From Candidatus Aminicenantes bacterium (lineage in GTDB: Bacteria > Acidobacteriota > Aminicenantia > Aminicenantales > Saccharicenantaceae), in NCBI GenBank assembly GCA_013178315.1, contig JABLWX010000025.1, positions 1 through 59,163 on the forward strand: a stretch of DNA of 59,163 nucleotides. The letters are read 5' to 3'. The translations under genes and the position numbers were made by a program. This document shows, piece by piece, positions 38,762 through 48,785 of this stretch; position 1 is the first letter of the stretch; each line of letters starts with the position of its first letter. The notes under the pieces are model-generated. The model searched no databases. It had not been told where the DNA came from and saw only the letters and a list, made by a program, of their open reading frames with translations.

Positions 38762-39870
38762 GGGGTCGAGCTAACCTCCAGCTTTCTTTGAGAAATATTC
38801 AGCAACAGGCCCACGGCCAGCAGGTTGCAGACCAGGGCCGAACGGCCGAAGGAAATGAAGGGCAGGGGAATGCCGGTAACCGGTCCCAGCCCCAGGACGA
38901 CGCTGATGTTGAGAAGGGCCTGGATGATTATGCTCATGGTCAGCCCGTAAGCGATCAGCCTGTAATTGGCATTGAGGGTCTGGCCAGCTATTTTCAGGCC
39001 GCGGAACAGGAAGAGCAGGAACAGGCCCACCGTGCCCATGGTGCCCAGCAACCCGACCTCCTCGCCGATGATGGCGAAGATAAAATCGGTGTGGGCGCAG
39101 GGCAGGAAGTAGAGTTTCTGAGTGGAAGAGCCGATGCTCACTCCCAGCAGGCCGCCGGCCCCGACCGCCAGCCGGGATTGCCTGACCTGGAAGGCCTTGC
39201 CCAGCGGGTCCTGCTCGGGCGATAAAAATCCGTGCAGCCGGTTTACCCGGTAATCGGCGGAGAACAGGAAGATGATGAATATGACCAGCAGGACCAGGGC
39301 TGCCGGAGCAAAGTACTTGAACTTGACTCCTCCCAGGTAGAGCATCAGGGCCGAAATCAGGAAGATAAAAACGGCCGTGCTGGAATCGGGCTCCAGCAGG
39401 ATGACCAGGACGAAGGCCAGCACCACGCCCACCGGGACCATCAGGGTTTTCCAGTGGTTGATGGTGTCGGCTTTCCGGTAGCAGAAGTTGGCCAGGAACA
39501 GGATCAGGACGACCTTGGCCAGCTCCGAGGGCTGGAAACGCACCCCCATGAACTGGACCCAGCGGTGAGCGTTGGCCGAGGGGGGCATGACCAGGCAGAG
39601 CACCAGGAGCAGGAAGGTAAAGGCGGTGGCCAGGTAGATCAACCTGGTCATGGTGAAAAACGGTTCCCGGATTGAAGCCACGATGACCATCAGGATCAGG
39701 CCGAAGACCGCGGCCATGATCTGGTTGGTCAGGAAGTAGAAGCTCTGCCGGTATTTTTCACCGGCCAGGATGGCCGAGGAGCTGAAGACCATGATGATGC
39801 CAAGGATGAGCAGCAGCAGGGTGTTGACCAGCAGGACCTTGTCGAAGGCGAATCTCTTGAAGACTTCCAT
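38758..39870 (-). CDS. ftsW: SEDS peptidoglycan polymerase FtsW
   Basis: RW..FQPSELAK, HTDFIFAIIGEE and GIPLPFISFG motifs. Confidence 0.96.
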   Translation of the reverse strand: MEVFKRFAFDKVLLVNTLLLLILGIIMVFSSSAILAGEKYRQSFYFLTNQIMAAVFGLILMVIVASIREPFFTMTRLIYLATAFTFLLLVLCLVMPPSANAHRWVQFMGVRFQPSELAKVVLILFLANFCYRKADTINHWKTLMVPVGVVLAFVLVILLEPDSSTAVFIFLISALMLYLGGVKFKYFAPAALVLLVIFIIFLFSADYRVNRLHGFLSPEQDPLGKAFQVRQSRLAVGAGGLLGVSIGSSTQKLYFLPCAHTDFIFAIIGEEVGLLGTMGTVGLFLLFLFRGLKIAGQTLNANYRLIAYGLTMSIIIQALLNISVVLGLGPVTGIPLPFISFGRSALVCNLLAVGLLLNISQRKLEVSSTP

Positions 39871-41240
39871 CAGCTCTTCTTCCTCCTGTCCAGCTTCCTG
39901 GCCAGGTAATTGACTTCTTTCTTGAACAGCCGGCCCCGTTCCTCGAAGTTCCGGAACATGTCCCAGGAGGTGCAGGCCGGCGCCAGCAGCACCACGTCTC
40001 CCGGCCTGGCTGCCTGGTAGGCCCTGGCCACCAGCTCCCGGAAGGTGCTGACCTCTTCCAGCGGGAAGGCACCTTCCAGGGCTTTCCTTATTTTCTCTTT
40101 GGCTTCTCCAATCAGCAGGATTTTTCTGACCCTGTTTTTTAGCGCGCGACGCAGGGGGGAGAAGTCTCCCCCCTTGTCGCGCCCCCCGAGGATTAGCACG
40201 ATTGGGCGTGAGTAGGACTGAACAGCTTTAACAGTAGCGGCAACGGTAGTGGCTTTGGAGTCGTTCACGAACAGGACCCGGTTTATGGTGCGCACTTCTT
40301 CCAGTCGGTGTTCTAACCCCCTGAAGTCTCTGGCGGTCTGCCGGATGGCCGGCAGACTCGCCCCGGCCAGGCGGGAGGTGACCACAGCAGCCATGATGTT
40401 TTCCAGGTTGTGAACCCCTCTCAGCTTGATGTCCCTGGTTTTTATTACCGGAAGTTCTTCCTCAAGCTTCAACCAGATCGTTGAGTCCTTGAGGTAGCAA
40501 CCCCGGGGTACCTTATGCTTTCGGCTGAAAGCATAGAGATCTGATTTTTTATCGCGGCGCCAGCTCCGAAGGATGGCGTCGTCGCGGTTGAGAACGGCCA
40601 GGTCTCCGGGCCGCTGGTGGTCGAAAAGTTTCTTCTTGGCCCGGATATAGTTTTCATAGGTCTTATGCCAGTCCAGGTGATTGGGTGAAATATTCAAGAA
40701 TACCGCGATATCGGTGCGGAATTTTTCGGTGAACTCCAGCTGGAAGCTGGAAATTTCGGTTACGATGATGTGGTCCGGGCGGCTCTTTTTCACGAAGGAG
40801 ATCAGCGGGGTCCCGATGTTTCCGGTCAGGTGGACCTTGAGGCCACTGTTCTTTAACATCCGGTAAATCAGGGTGGTGGTGGTCGACTTGCCGTTGGAGC
40901 CGGTGATGCCGACCAGCCGGCAATTCAGGAAGTGATAGGCCAGTTCTATCTCGGAAATTACCTTTACACCCTTCTCCCGGGCCTCCAGAATTTCCGGGAG
41001 CGGTGGTACGCCCGGGCTGACCACGATCAGGTCGGCCGCCAGGAAGAGTTCCAGCCGATGGCGGCCGCAGTCGAATTCCACGCCCCGTGCCCGGTATTCG
41101 GCGACCCGCTCCAGTTCGCCTTCGGGCTTGCGGTCGCTGACCGTCAGCTGCCCGACTTCTTGCTCCAGCAGAAAATCGCAGACGGCCTGGCCGGTCCGGG
41201 CGAAACCCACGACCACGACCTTTTTTCCTCTGAGTTCCAT
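39870..41240 (-). CDS. murD: UDP-MurNAc-L-Ala--D-glutamate ligase
   Basis: SPGVP, TGSNGKST, EISSFQL, HRLE, NDSKAT and PACTSWDMF motifs. Confidence 0.97.
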   Translation of the reverse strand: MELRGKKVVVVGFARTGQAVCDFLLEQEVGQLTVSDRKPEGELERVAEYRARGVEFDCGRHRLELFLAADLIVVSPGVPPLPEILEAREKGVKVISEIELAYHFLNCRLVGITGSNGKSTTTTLIYRMLKNSGLKVHLTGNIGTPLISFVKKSRPDHIIVTEISSFQLEFTEKFRTDIAVFLNISPNHLDWHKTYENYIRAKKKLFDHQRPGDLAVLNRDDAILRSWRRDKKSDLYAFSRKHKVPRGCYLKDSTIWLKLEEELPVIKTRDIKLRGVHNLENIMAAVVTSRLAGASLPAIRQTARDFRGLEHRLEEVRTINRVLFVNDSKATTVAATVKAVQSYSRPIVLILGGRDKGGDFSPLRRALKNRVRKILLIGEAKEKIRKALEGAFPLEEVSTFRELVARAYQAARPGDVVLLAPACTSWDMFRNFEERGRLFKKEVNYLARKLDRRKKS

Positions 41241-41242
41241 CT

Positions 41243-42331
41243 TTACCTCAACTTCAACGTGGTTAAGCTGAACAGGGCGAAGATTATGCCTATGATCCAG
41301 AAACGGATGACCACCTTTTCTTCCGGCCAGCCGGCCAGCTCAAAATGATGGTGCAGGGGAGCCATCCTGAAGATCCTCTTGCCGCCCGAGAGTTTGAAGT
41401 ATGAAACCTGGAGCATGACCGACAGGGCTTCCAGGATGAAGACCCCGGCCACCGCAAACAGCAGGAATTCCTGCTTGATCAGGATGGCAATCAGCCCCAG
41501 CGTACCTCCCAGTGACAGGGCCCCCACGTCGCCCATGAATATTTCCGCCGGATGGCAATTAAACCATAGAAAGCCCAGGCAGGCGCCGGACAGGGCTCCC
41601 ACGAACACGGTCAGCTCGGCGGCCAGGGGAACGCGCAGTATGTTGAGATACTGGGACCAGACGGCGTGACCGGCGACATAGGTCAGGGCCGTCAGGGCCA
41701 CGGAAGCAATCAGGGTTAAACCTATGGCCAGCCCATCCAGACCGTCGGCCAGGTTGACCGAGTTGGAAGAACCCACCAGTATGAACAGGATCCAGGGCAG
41801 GTAAAACCAGCCCAGGTAAGGTGTCCATTCCTTGAAGAACGGGAAGGTCAGGTTCAGACTGAACTGGCCCCTCAATCCGATCAGGACCAGGGTCAGGGCC
41901 AGCGCCCCCGACACCAGAAATTGCAGGATAAGTTTCTGCCGGGGAGTCAGGCCCAGGGAGCGCCGCCAGCGGTATTTTATGAAATCATCGGCAAAGCCAA
42001 CCCCGCCGAAGAACAGCATCCCACCCATGGCCAGCCAGACGTAGATGTTTTCCAGGTTGCCCCAGAGCAGGGTGGAAACCAGGGTGGCCCCGATGATCAT
42101 CAAACCGCCCATGGAAGGGGTACCCTTCTTGTTGAGATGGCTGGACGGCCCTTCCTGCCTTATTTCCTGCCCGATTTGATGTTTTTTAAGGAGCCTGATG
42201 AATATGGGTGTCAGGATGAACATCAACAGAAGGGCGGTGATTCCACTCAGGGCGGTCCTGACGGTGATGTAACGGAAGACGTTGAAAAAGAAGTAATACT
42301 CCCTGAGCGGAACAAGCAACCAGTACAGCAC
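41243..42331 (-). CDS. mraY: Phospho-N-acetylmuramoyl-pentapeptide transferase
   Basis: KKGTPSMGG, DD, VNLADGLDGL, FMGDVG and MAPLHHHFE motifs. Confidence 0.97.
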   Translation of the reverse strand: MLYWLLVPLREYYFFFNVFRYITVRTALSGITALLLMFILTPIFIRLLKKHQIGQEIRQEGPSSHLNKKGTPSMGGLMIIGATLVSTLLWGNLENIYVWLAMGGMLFFGGVGFADDFIKYRWRRSLGLTPRQKLILQFLVSGALALTLVLIGLRGQFSLNLTFPFFKEWTPYLGWFYLPWILFILVGSSNSVNLADGLDGLAIGLTLIASVALTALTYVAGHAVWSQYLNILRVPLAAELTVFVGALSGACLGFLWFNCHPAEIFMGDVGALSLGGTLGLIAILIKQEFLLFAVAGVFILEALSVMLQVSYFKLSGGKRIFRMAPLHHHFELAGWPEEKVVIRFWIIGIIFALFSLTTLKLR

Positions 42332-42332
42332 T

Positions 42333-43721
42333 TCAGGCCTCCATCTCTTTTTTTAGAAAAGTAACGATGCGGTCCAGGGCCAGGCCGTGGGATCCCTTGA
42401 CCAGGACCAGGTCCCCGGCCTTTAAAAAATGGCGCAGCCACTCGGCTGCTTCCAGGGCTTCATCGAAAGAATGGACAGACCCGGCGTCGAATCCGCGCTC
42501 GACCGCTCCTGCGGCCAGGTGCCTGGCTCTCGGCCCGACCGTAACCAGGACGTTCCAGCCGTTTTCCGGAACCCTGCGCCCGGCCTCCCGGTGGAAATCA
42601 ATTTCCTGCGGCCCGAGTTCCAGCATGTCACCCAGGACCGCAATTTTCCTGGGAGCTGCAATTCGCCCCAGGCTTTCCAGAACAGATTTCAGGGCCACGG
42701 GGTTGGAATTGTAAGAATCATCGTAGACTCGTATTCCGTTCTTTAATTCCAGGAGCTGGCCCCGGTGTTCAACCGCCGGCAGGTCGCGCAGGGCCGGGAG
42801 GAGCTCTCCGGACTTGAGTCCGAAGTAATGGGCTACGGTGCAGGCGGCCAGGAGGTTTGAGACCAGGGCCCGGTTTAGGAAAGGCAGCCTGATTGAAGAC
42901 CGCTCTTGGCCCAGGACCAGGTCAAAGCGAATACCTTCCAGTCCGAGGTGTTCAATGTTTTCAGCCCTGACCGGGGAATCATGTCCTGAGCCATAATATA
43001 GCACCCGGCCACCGCTCCAGGTTCCACCGATTTTTCTGAGAAGCGGGTCATCGCCGTTCAGAACGGCCAGGGCCCCGGGCCTGGCCCCGTCCAGGATTTC
43101 TTTCTTGGCCAGGGCGATGTCTTCCAGGTCCCGGAAGAATTCCAGGTGAACCGGGGCGATAGCGGTAATAACCGCCACGTCGGGCGGAGCTATCTCGGTG
43201 AGCTTTCGGATTTCTCCCCGCTGGCTCATCCCCATTTCCAGGACGGCGATGTCCTGCGAGCCATCCATGGAAAGTATGGAGATGGGAACGCCGATCTGGT
43301 TGTTGAAATTGCCGGGCGATTTCAGCACCCGGAATTTTTCCTGGAGCAGGCGGGCGGTAAATTCCTTGGTTGAGGTCTTGCCCACGCTACCGGTGATGCC
43401 CACGACTTTTACCGGGTGAAGGTCAAGCCAGCGGGCGGCCAGGGTCTGGAGGGCCTTCAGGGTATCGTCGACTCTTATCAGGCCGAAGTCCGGTGGCAGG
43501 CCGCTCACTTCCTCGGAGATGCAGGCAGCCGCGGCCCCTTTCTCGTAGGCGTCGCGGACAAACTGGTGACCATCTCTCTTGTCTTTGAGAGCAAAGAACA
43601 GGGCTCCCGGGGCAGCCTGCCGCGAGTCAAAAGTATAGGACAGGATTAGAGTTTCGGGTCGGCCCTGAAGCAGTCGGCCTCCGGCCAGCCTCGCTACCTG
43701 TCCCAGAAACAAACCGGCCAT
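42333..43721 (-). CDS. murF: UDP-MurNAc-tripeptide--D-Ala-D-Ala ligase
   Basis: DSR, TGSVGKTSTKE, NNQIG, EMGM, DSYNSNP and LGDMLELG motifs. Confidence 0.96.
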   Translation of the reverse strand: MAGLFLGQVARLAGGRLLQGRPETLILSYTFDSRQAAPGALFFALKDKRDGHQFVRDAYEKGAAAACISEEVSGLPPDFGLIRVDDTLKALQTLAARWLDLHPVKVVGITGSVGKTSTKEFTARLLQEKFRVLKSPGNFNNQIGVPISILSMDGSQDIAVLEMGMSQRGEIRKLTEIAPPDVAVITAIAPVHLEFFRDLEDIALAKKEILDGARPGALAVLNGDDPLLRKIGGTWSGGRVLYYGSGHDSPVRAENIEHLGLEGIRFDLVLGQERSSIRLPFLNRALVSNLLAACTVAHYFGLKSGELLPALRDLPAVEHRGQLLELKNGIRVYDDSYNSNPVALKSVLESLGRIAAPRKIAVLGDMLELGPQEIDFHREAGRRVPENGWNVLVTVGPRARHLAAGAVERGFDAGSVHSFDEALEAAEWLRHFLKAGDLVLVKGSHGLALDRIVTFLKKEMEA

Positions 43722-43722
43722 C

Positions 43723-45189
43723 CTATTTCTTCTCCAGACTGTCAATTATTTCCCGGGCGGTTTCCACGTCGCTAAAGGGAACCGTCCTATCCTTGAATAC
43801 CTGGTAGTTTTCATGGCCCTTACCGGCCACCACCACCCAGTCGCCCTTCCTGGCCATGACCAGGGCAGTCTCGATGGCCCGGCGCCGGTCGACTATTTTT
43901 TCGTAGTTATGGTTGCCCAGCCGGCGGAATCCTTCTTCAATTTCCGAGATTATCTGTTCCGGCTCCTCGGACCGGGGGTTGTCAGAAGTGATGATGGTCC
44001 AGTCAGCCAGCCTGGCAGCCACCTCTCCCATCCGGGGACGTTTCAGGCGGTCGCGGTCGCCGCCGCAGCCAAAGACCAGGATGACTTTTTTGGGATTTAG
44101 GCTCCGGACGGCCTGCAGCAGGTTTTCCAGGGCTCCGTCGGTATGCGCGTAGTCGACGATAACCTTGATTCCCAGGCCGTTGGGAACGTTTTCGAAGCGG
44201 CCGGGAATCCTCTTGACCGAGGAAATTCCCTTCAGGATATCCGGAACCGGAATCGAGAGGACCAGGGCGGCCGAAATGGCTGCCAGGAAATTATAAAGAT
44301 TGTGTTTGCCGATCAGGCTGGAGGTGAAGGTCAGCTGACCGAGGGGCGAGGAGACGGTGGCCGTCATTCCTTCCTGGTTGATGGTGAACTTCTCGGCCCT
44401 GACCACGGCTTCGGGCTTGAAGCCGAAGCTTATCGTCTGCATCGGCAGTTCTGACAGCAACCTTTCTCCCCAGGGGTCGTCGATGTTGACGACGGAAGCC
44501 TGGCGCTTATGGTTCAAGAAGAATAGTTTTTTCTTGGCCTCGAAGTAATTTTCCATGGTCTGGTGGTAATCGAGATGTTCGCCGCTGAGGTTGGTAAAAA
44601 CGGCCACGTCGAAACCGATTCCCCAGACCCGCTTGAGTTCAAGGGAATGAGAAGAGACTTCCATCAGGCAATGGCTGACGCCCTCTTCCACCATCTGCCG
44701 CAGGAACTTCTGGATGTCCGGTGCTTCGGGCGTGGTTCTCTCGGCTGAGTACTGACGGCCGGCCCAGCGGTATTCCACGGTGCCGACCACTCCGGGCCTG
44801 AAGCCGGCGGTATTAAGAATTTCTTCCAGGATGTAGGTAATGGTGGTCTTTCCCTTGGTGCCGGTGATGCCCACCACCTTCAGCCGGGAAGAGGGATGAT
44901 CGTAGAAATTGGCGGCCAGCAGGGCCATGGCCTCGCGGGCATCCAGCACCTGGACCCAGGCCCGGTCAATTTCAGCCGGGCGTGGCCTCTCGGAAACTAT
45001 GACCGCGGCCCCGCGTTCCAGGGCTTCCGGCAGGAAATCATGGCCGTCGGCCCTCTGTCCTTTCAGGGCAATGAAGATGTTCCCGGGTTCAACCCCTTTA
45101 GAAGAATAGGCTATGCCTGTGATCTCCGGGTCTGCGGCCGCCGCCAGGCTGACCACCCGGACATCTTTCAGCAGTTCCGATAACTTCAT
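43723..45189 (-). CDS. murE: UDP-MurNAc-dipeptide--meso-diaminopimelate ligase
   Basis: TTPEA, MEVSSH, DYAHT, GCGGDRD and AGKGHE motifs; DNPR indicates meso-DAP specificity. Confidence 0.97.
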   Translation of the reverse strand: MKLSELLKDVRVVSLAAAADPEITGIAYSSKGVEPGNIFIALKGQRADGHDFLPEALERGAAVIVSERPRPAEIDRAWVQVLDAREAMALLAANFYDHPSSRLKVVGITGTKGKTTITYILEEILNTAGFRPGVVGTVEYRWAGRQYSAERTTPEAPDIQKFLRQMVEEGVSHCLMEVSSHSLELKRVWGIGFDVAVFTNLSGEHLDYHQTMENYFEAKKKLFFLNHKRQASVVNIDDPWGERLLSELPMQTISFGFKPEAVVRAEKFTINQEGMTATVSSPLGQLTFTSSLIGKHNLYNFLAAISAALVLSIPVPDILKGISSVKRIPGRFENVPNGLGIKVIVDYAHTDGALENLLQAVRSLNPKKVILVFGCGGDRDRLKRPRMGEVAARLADWTIITSDNPRSEEPEQIISEIEEGFRRLGNHNYEKIVDRRRAIETALVMARKGDWVVVAGKGHENYQVFKDRTVPFSDVETAREIIDSLEKK

Positions 45190-45190
45190 C

Positions 45191-46978
45191 TCAGTCGGTC
45201 ACTCCTGCTGTGGAGTTTTCTTTCCTGGCCAGGATCAGGCCATCTGGTAATTTCTGCGGGGGTTGATTGAGGTAGAGCAGAACTTTTCTGGCCACTTCCC
45301 TGAAGACCGGAGCGGCCACCTGCCCTCCATAGTGAAACTGGCCCCGCGGTTCGTCAATAACCACGACCATGGAAATCAGGGGCTGGTCGGCCGGAACGAA
45401 ACCGGCAAAGGAAGCCACGTGCCTTTTGCTGGAATAAGCCCTGAGCTCCGGGTCATATTTCTGGGCGGTTCCAGTTTTGCCGGCCATCAGGTAACCGGGA
45501 AGGCCAGCCTCCCGGCCGGTGCCGGTTTCAACCACCGGCTCCAGGACCAGGTCGACCAGTTGCCGCACGGTTTCAGGCCTTAGGACGGACTGGCTGCCGG
45601 CCGGTGGTTCCAGGGCGGCGGTGATTATTCCAGACAGGGGAGAGGGCTGTTCCAGCCGGACCCTGGGTTTTACCAGGTAACCGCCGGTGGCAAAGACATT
45701 AAGTGTTCTCAACACCTGGATGGGCGTGGCCGAAATCTCGTAGCCGATGGCCACCCGCAGGGATGATTTCCGCCATTTTTCCAGCGGGTGAAAGATGCCG
45801 GACTCTTCACCGGGCAGGTCGATGCCGGTCTTTTCGCCGAAGCGGAAGGCCCTGAACATCCGGTAGATATTTTCAGCGCCGATGCGTTCGGCGATCTTTA
45901 TGGTTCCCACGTTTGAGGACTGGATGAAGACTTCGGGAAAGCTCAGCACGCCCATCCGGACGTGGTCCCGGACTATGGTTCCACCGAAAACCAGGTAACC
46001 CTGGCTGCAGTCATAATGGGTGTTCCAGTCAATCCCGGCCAGTTCCCGGGCGGCCGCGGCCGTGACCATCTTGACCGTCGAGCCGGGTTCGTAGGTATGC
46101 TGGATGGCCCGGTTGGGCATGACGTTTTCCGGCGGCGGGAAGTAGTTCGGGTCGTAGGAGGGATAGCTGGCCATGGCCAGGATTTCACCGGTCTGGGGGA
46201 CCGAGACGATGATGGTTCCCCAGTTGGCCTGGTGCTTTTCCACCGCCTGCTGCAGTTCCTTTTCCGCTATGTACTGGATGGTGGAATCTATCGTCAGGTA
46301 GAGGTCCTGGCCGGGCCTGGTTTCCTTGATGGTCTCGATGAAAAATTCCCTCTCGCGGGCATCCTTCATGATCAGCTGCTGGCCCTCTTCTCCCCTCAGC
46401 AGGGAGTTGTAATAGTACTCAACCCCGGCCAGCCCGAAGTCGTCCACGTTGACCCCGCCCAAGACATGGGCGGCCAGCGGGCCCTGCGGGTAGAACCTTC
46501 GGTTCTCTTCCAGCAGGTAGATACCGGGCAACTTGAGGCTCCGGATCTTTTCCGCCAGTTCGGGTGATATTTTTCTTTTGATCCAGGTAAAACGTTTTCG
46601 CTTTTCTATGGAACTGACTATTTTTCTTAGTTCCTGGTCCTTTAAGTCCAGCAGATTTTTCAACCGGTGGACGCTCTGGAGCTGCTGTTCCAGGCTTTCG
46701 CCTTTAACCGGCGAGAAGAACACCGAGGCTGCCGGCAGGCTGCGGGCCAGGATTTTCCCGTTCCGGTCGAATATCGTGCCCCTGGTGGGCAGGACGGTGA
46801 TCAGGTCCTGGCTCTGTTCCAGCACCTCGGCCTTTAATTTCTTGTGTTCCAGGACCTGGAGTTCCAGCAGCCGGACGCCGATGACCGCAAACCAGAAGAG
46901 GACGGCCACCAGTACAAACTTTACCTTCTGGCGGTGGCTGGTGGAAAAGGGCGACCTGTCCTGGAGAATAAGCCTCAT
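45191..46978 (-). CDS. ftsI: Class B penicillin-binding protein FtsI (PBP3)
   Basis: RGTIFDRNG, EPGSTVK (SxxK), SSN and KTGT motifs; no PASTA domain. Confidence 0.95.
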   Translation of the reverse strand: MRLILQDRSPFSTSHRQKVKFVLVAVLFWFAVIGVRLLELQVLEHKKLKAEVLEQSQDLITVLPTRGTIFDRNGKILARSLPAASVFFSPVKGESLEQQLQSVHRLKNLLDLKDQELRKIVSSIEKRKRFTWIKRKISPELAEKIRSLKLPGIYLLEENRRFYPQGPLAAHVLGGVNVDDFGLAGVEYYYNSLLRGEEGQQLIMKDAREREFFIETIKETRPGQDLYLTIDSTIQYIAEKELQQAVEKHQANWGTIIVSVPQTGEILAMASYPSYDPNYFPPPENVMPNRAIQHTYEPGSTVKMVTAAAARELAGIDWNTHYDCSQGYLVFGGTIVRDHVRMGVLSFPEVFIQSSNVGTIKIAERIGAENIYRMFRAFRFGEKTGIDLPGEESGIFHPLEKWRKSSLRVAIGYEISATPIQVLRTLNVFATGGYLVKPRVRLEQPSPLSGIITAALEPPAGSQSVLRPETVRQLVDLVLEPVVETGTGREAGLPGYLMAGKTGTAQKYDPELRAYSSKRHVASFAGFVPADQPLISMVVVIDEPRGQFHYGGQVAAPVFREVARKVLLYLNQPPQKLPDGLILARKENSTAGVTD

Positions 46979-47277
46979 TTCACCACCTGCTTTTCGAAGA
47001 TGACCTGGTCGGGCTTGGGGTCCTGGAGCTGGAGCTCGTTCCGGGCCACCCGGTCAATCCTTTCCAGGGACAGCAGGGCCTCCTTCCGGGTCTCCAGTTT
47101 CTTGATTTCCTCTTTCAGCTTTTCAACTTTCATTTCCAGTTCATGAATCCGGTAGCCCAGCCGGACCGATTCACTCTGGTACCAGATGTAAAAGGTCAGG
47201 TTGCCCAGGAACAGCACCGCCAGCCCGACCCCCAGGGCCAGCTGTTTCCAGCTATATTTTTTCCTGACCATGCTCAT
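46975..47277 (-). CDS. ftsL: Cell division protein FtsL
   Basis: TM plus coiled coil with RIDRVARNEL; lies between rsmH and ftsI. Confidence 0.88.
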   Translation of the reverse strand: MSMVRKKYSWKQLALGVGLAVLFLGNLTFYIWYQSESVRLGYRIHELEMKVEKLKEEIKKLETRKEALLSLERIDRVARNELQLQDPKPDQVIFEKQVVK

Positions 47278-48176
47278 ATTCGCTCCGCGGCCCGCAGCTT
47301 GGCCGAATGGCTGCGGGAATTGGTTTCTATTTCTTCCTGGGAAGGCCGGACCGGCTTGCGGGTCAGAATCTTGACCAGCGGCTGGCCCTTCTCCCCCGAA
47401 GCCAGTGACTGGAAAGCCTTTTTGACCAGGCGGTCCTCAAGGGAATGGAAGGAAATTACCACCAGCCTGGTGCCGGGCAGGCACTTCCTGGCCAGCCGGT
47501 CGAGGAAAACATCCAGGTTCTTAAGCTCCTGGTTGACCTCTATCCGCAGGGCCTGGAAGACCCTGGCCGCCGGATGCAGATGGTTCTTCTGCGGAACCCA
47601 GCGGTAGACTTCTTCCACCAGCCTCTTCAGGTCGGTGGTATTTTTTAGGAGCCCCAGCTTGCGCTGGCTGGCAATCTTGCGGGCCAGCAGCCGGGTGTGG
47701 TGCAGTTCTCCATACTTCTTGAAGATCTCGGCCAGGCGGGACTCGGGATAGGTCATCAGGACCTTTTCGGCCGTGGTCTTCTGTCTCGTGTCCATTCTCA
47801 TATCAAGCGGACCTTCCAGGTTGAAGCTGAAACCGCGCTCCGGGTTGTCGAGCTGAAAGGAAGAAATTCCCAGGTCGGCCAGAACGCCCTTAACTTCCTC
47901 AAAGGGAACGAGCTCCTGGAATTCCAGCATCTCCCTGAAATCCAGCTGAAACAGCTTGACCCGGTCCTTGTATTCGGCCAGCCTTTTGGCCGCAGCCTTG
48001 AGCGACAGTTCATCCAGGTCAAACCCGATTATTCTGGCTCCGGGATTTCTCCTCAAAATCTCCAGAGCATGTCCCCCCAGGCCTATGGTGCAATCTATAT
48101 AGAGCCCCGGCCGCGAGGCCTGCAAATAGGCCAGGGTTTCCTCAACCAGGACTGGCCTGTGCCCGCAATCTTTCAT
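47274..48176 (-). CDS. rsmH: 16S rRNA m4C1402 methyltransferase
   Basis: HRPVL, DCTIGLGGH, DLGISSFQLD, PLDMRMD, FQALRIEVN and SFHSLEDR motifs. Confidence 0.97.
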   Translation of the reverse strand: MKDCGHRPVLVEETLAYLQASRPGLYIDCTIGLGGHALEILRRNPGARIIGFDLDELSLKAAAKRLAEYKDRVKLFQLDFREMLEFQELVPFEEVKGVLADLGISSFQLDNPERGFSFNLEGPLDMRMDTRQKTTAEKVLMTYPESRLAEIFKKYGELHHTRLLARKIASQRKLGLLKNTTDLKRLVEEVYRWVPQKNHLHPAARVFQALRIEVNQELKNLDVFLDRLARKCLPGTRLVVISFHSLEDRLVKKAFQSLASGEKGQPLVKILTRKPVRPSQEEIETNSRSHSAKLRAAERI

Positions 48177-48655
48177 TCAGTCTTTCCTCGGGGGACAAGA
48201 CGGGCAATATTTTCGAAATCCTCCTCGCTCAGGGGCCGTTTTTCGATTATCGATTCCAGGACTTCCTTGTTCCAGATTTCCAGGTGGTTGTTAAGTCCGA
48301 TCACCTCCACTTCGGTGTTGAGCCTGGCCTTTTCGCGGAGCGTCTGGCTGATCAACACCCTTCCCTTGGCATCGATCTGATGATGACTGCCTTTCAGGTT
48401 AACCCGCAGCAGGAAGCGCCTGACGTCGGGACGGAGGGCCAGGGCCCCCTCGTTGGCGATGCTGGTCATCTGTTCCCAGACCGCCAGCGGATAGAGCTGC
48501 ACCGCTTCGTCGGTGAGAGAAGTTATGAAGACATCCTTACCGAAAGACTGTTCGATGATGTCGCGGAATTTTTCGGGAATTTTCAGCCGGCCGCTGCGGT
48601 CGAGGCGAGCCGAGTAGCTTCCGATCAGCAAGTTGTTGGCGGCTTCTTTTCCCAT
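48173..48655 (-). CDS. mraZ: Transcriptional regulator MraZ
   Basis: Two DxxGR repeats (LDRSGRL, IDAKGRV) and HLEIW; first gene of the dcw cluster. Confidence 0.94.
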   Translation of the reverse strand: MGKEAANNLLIGSYSARLDRSGRLKIPEKFRDIIEQSFGKDVFITSLTDEAVQLYPLAVWEQMTSIANEGALALRPDVRRFLLRVNLKGSHHQIDAKGRVLISQTLREKARLNTEVEVIGLNNHLEIWNKEVLESIIEKRPLSEEDFENIARLVPRGKTE

Positions 48656-48680
48656 TTTATCCCGTTTTATCCCATTTTGA
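48651..48680 (-). promoter_or_regulatory. MraZ-binding direct repeats (3 x 10 bp)
   Basis: The minus strand reads AAAATGGG-AT-AAAACGGG-AT-AAAATGGG with 10-bp period; the last repeat overlaps the mraZ ATG. Confidence 0.7.
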
Positions 48681-48684
48681 GTTA

Positions 48685-48713
48685 AATATAAGAAAGAAAA
48701 TTGCAAAAGTCAA
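48685..48713 (-). promoter_or_regulatory. sigma70 promoter of the dcw cluster (Pmra)
   Basis: TTGACT-N17-TATATT on the minus strand. Confidence 0.65.
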
Positions 48714-48785
48714 GAAAAAAATCCCATCAGAATAAAATATTTTTAGGCGGTGATAACAGAGAGAAAAAGGGAGGGGAGGGACCGG

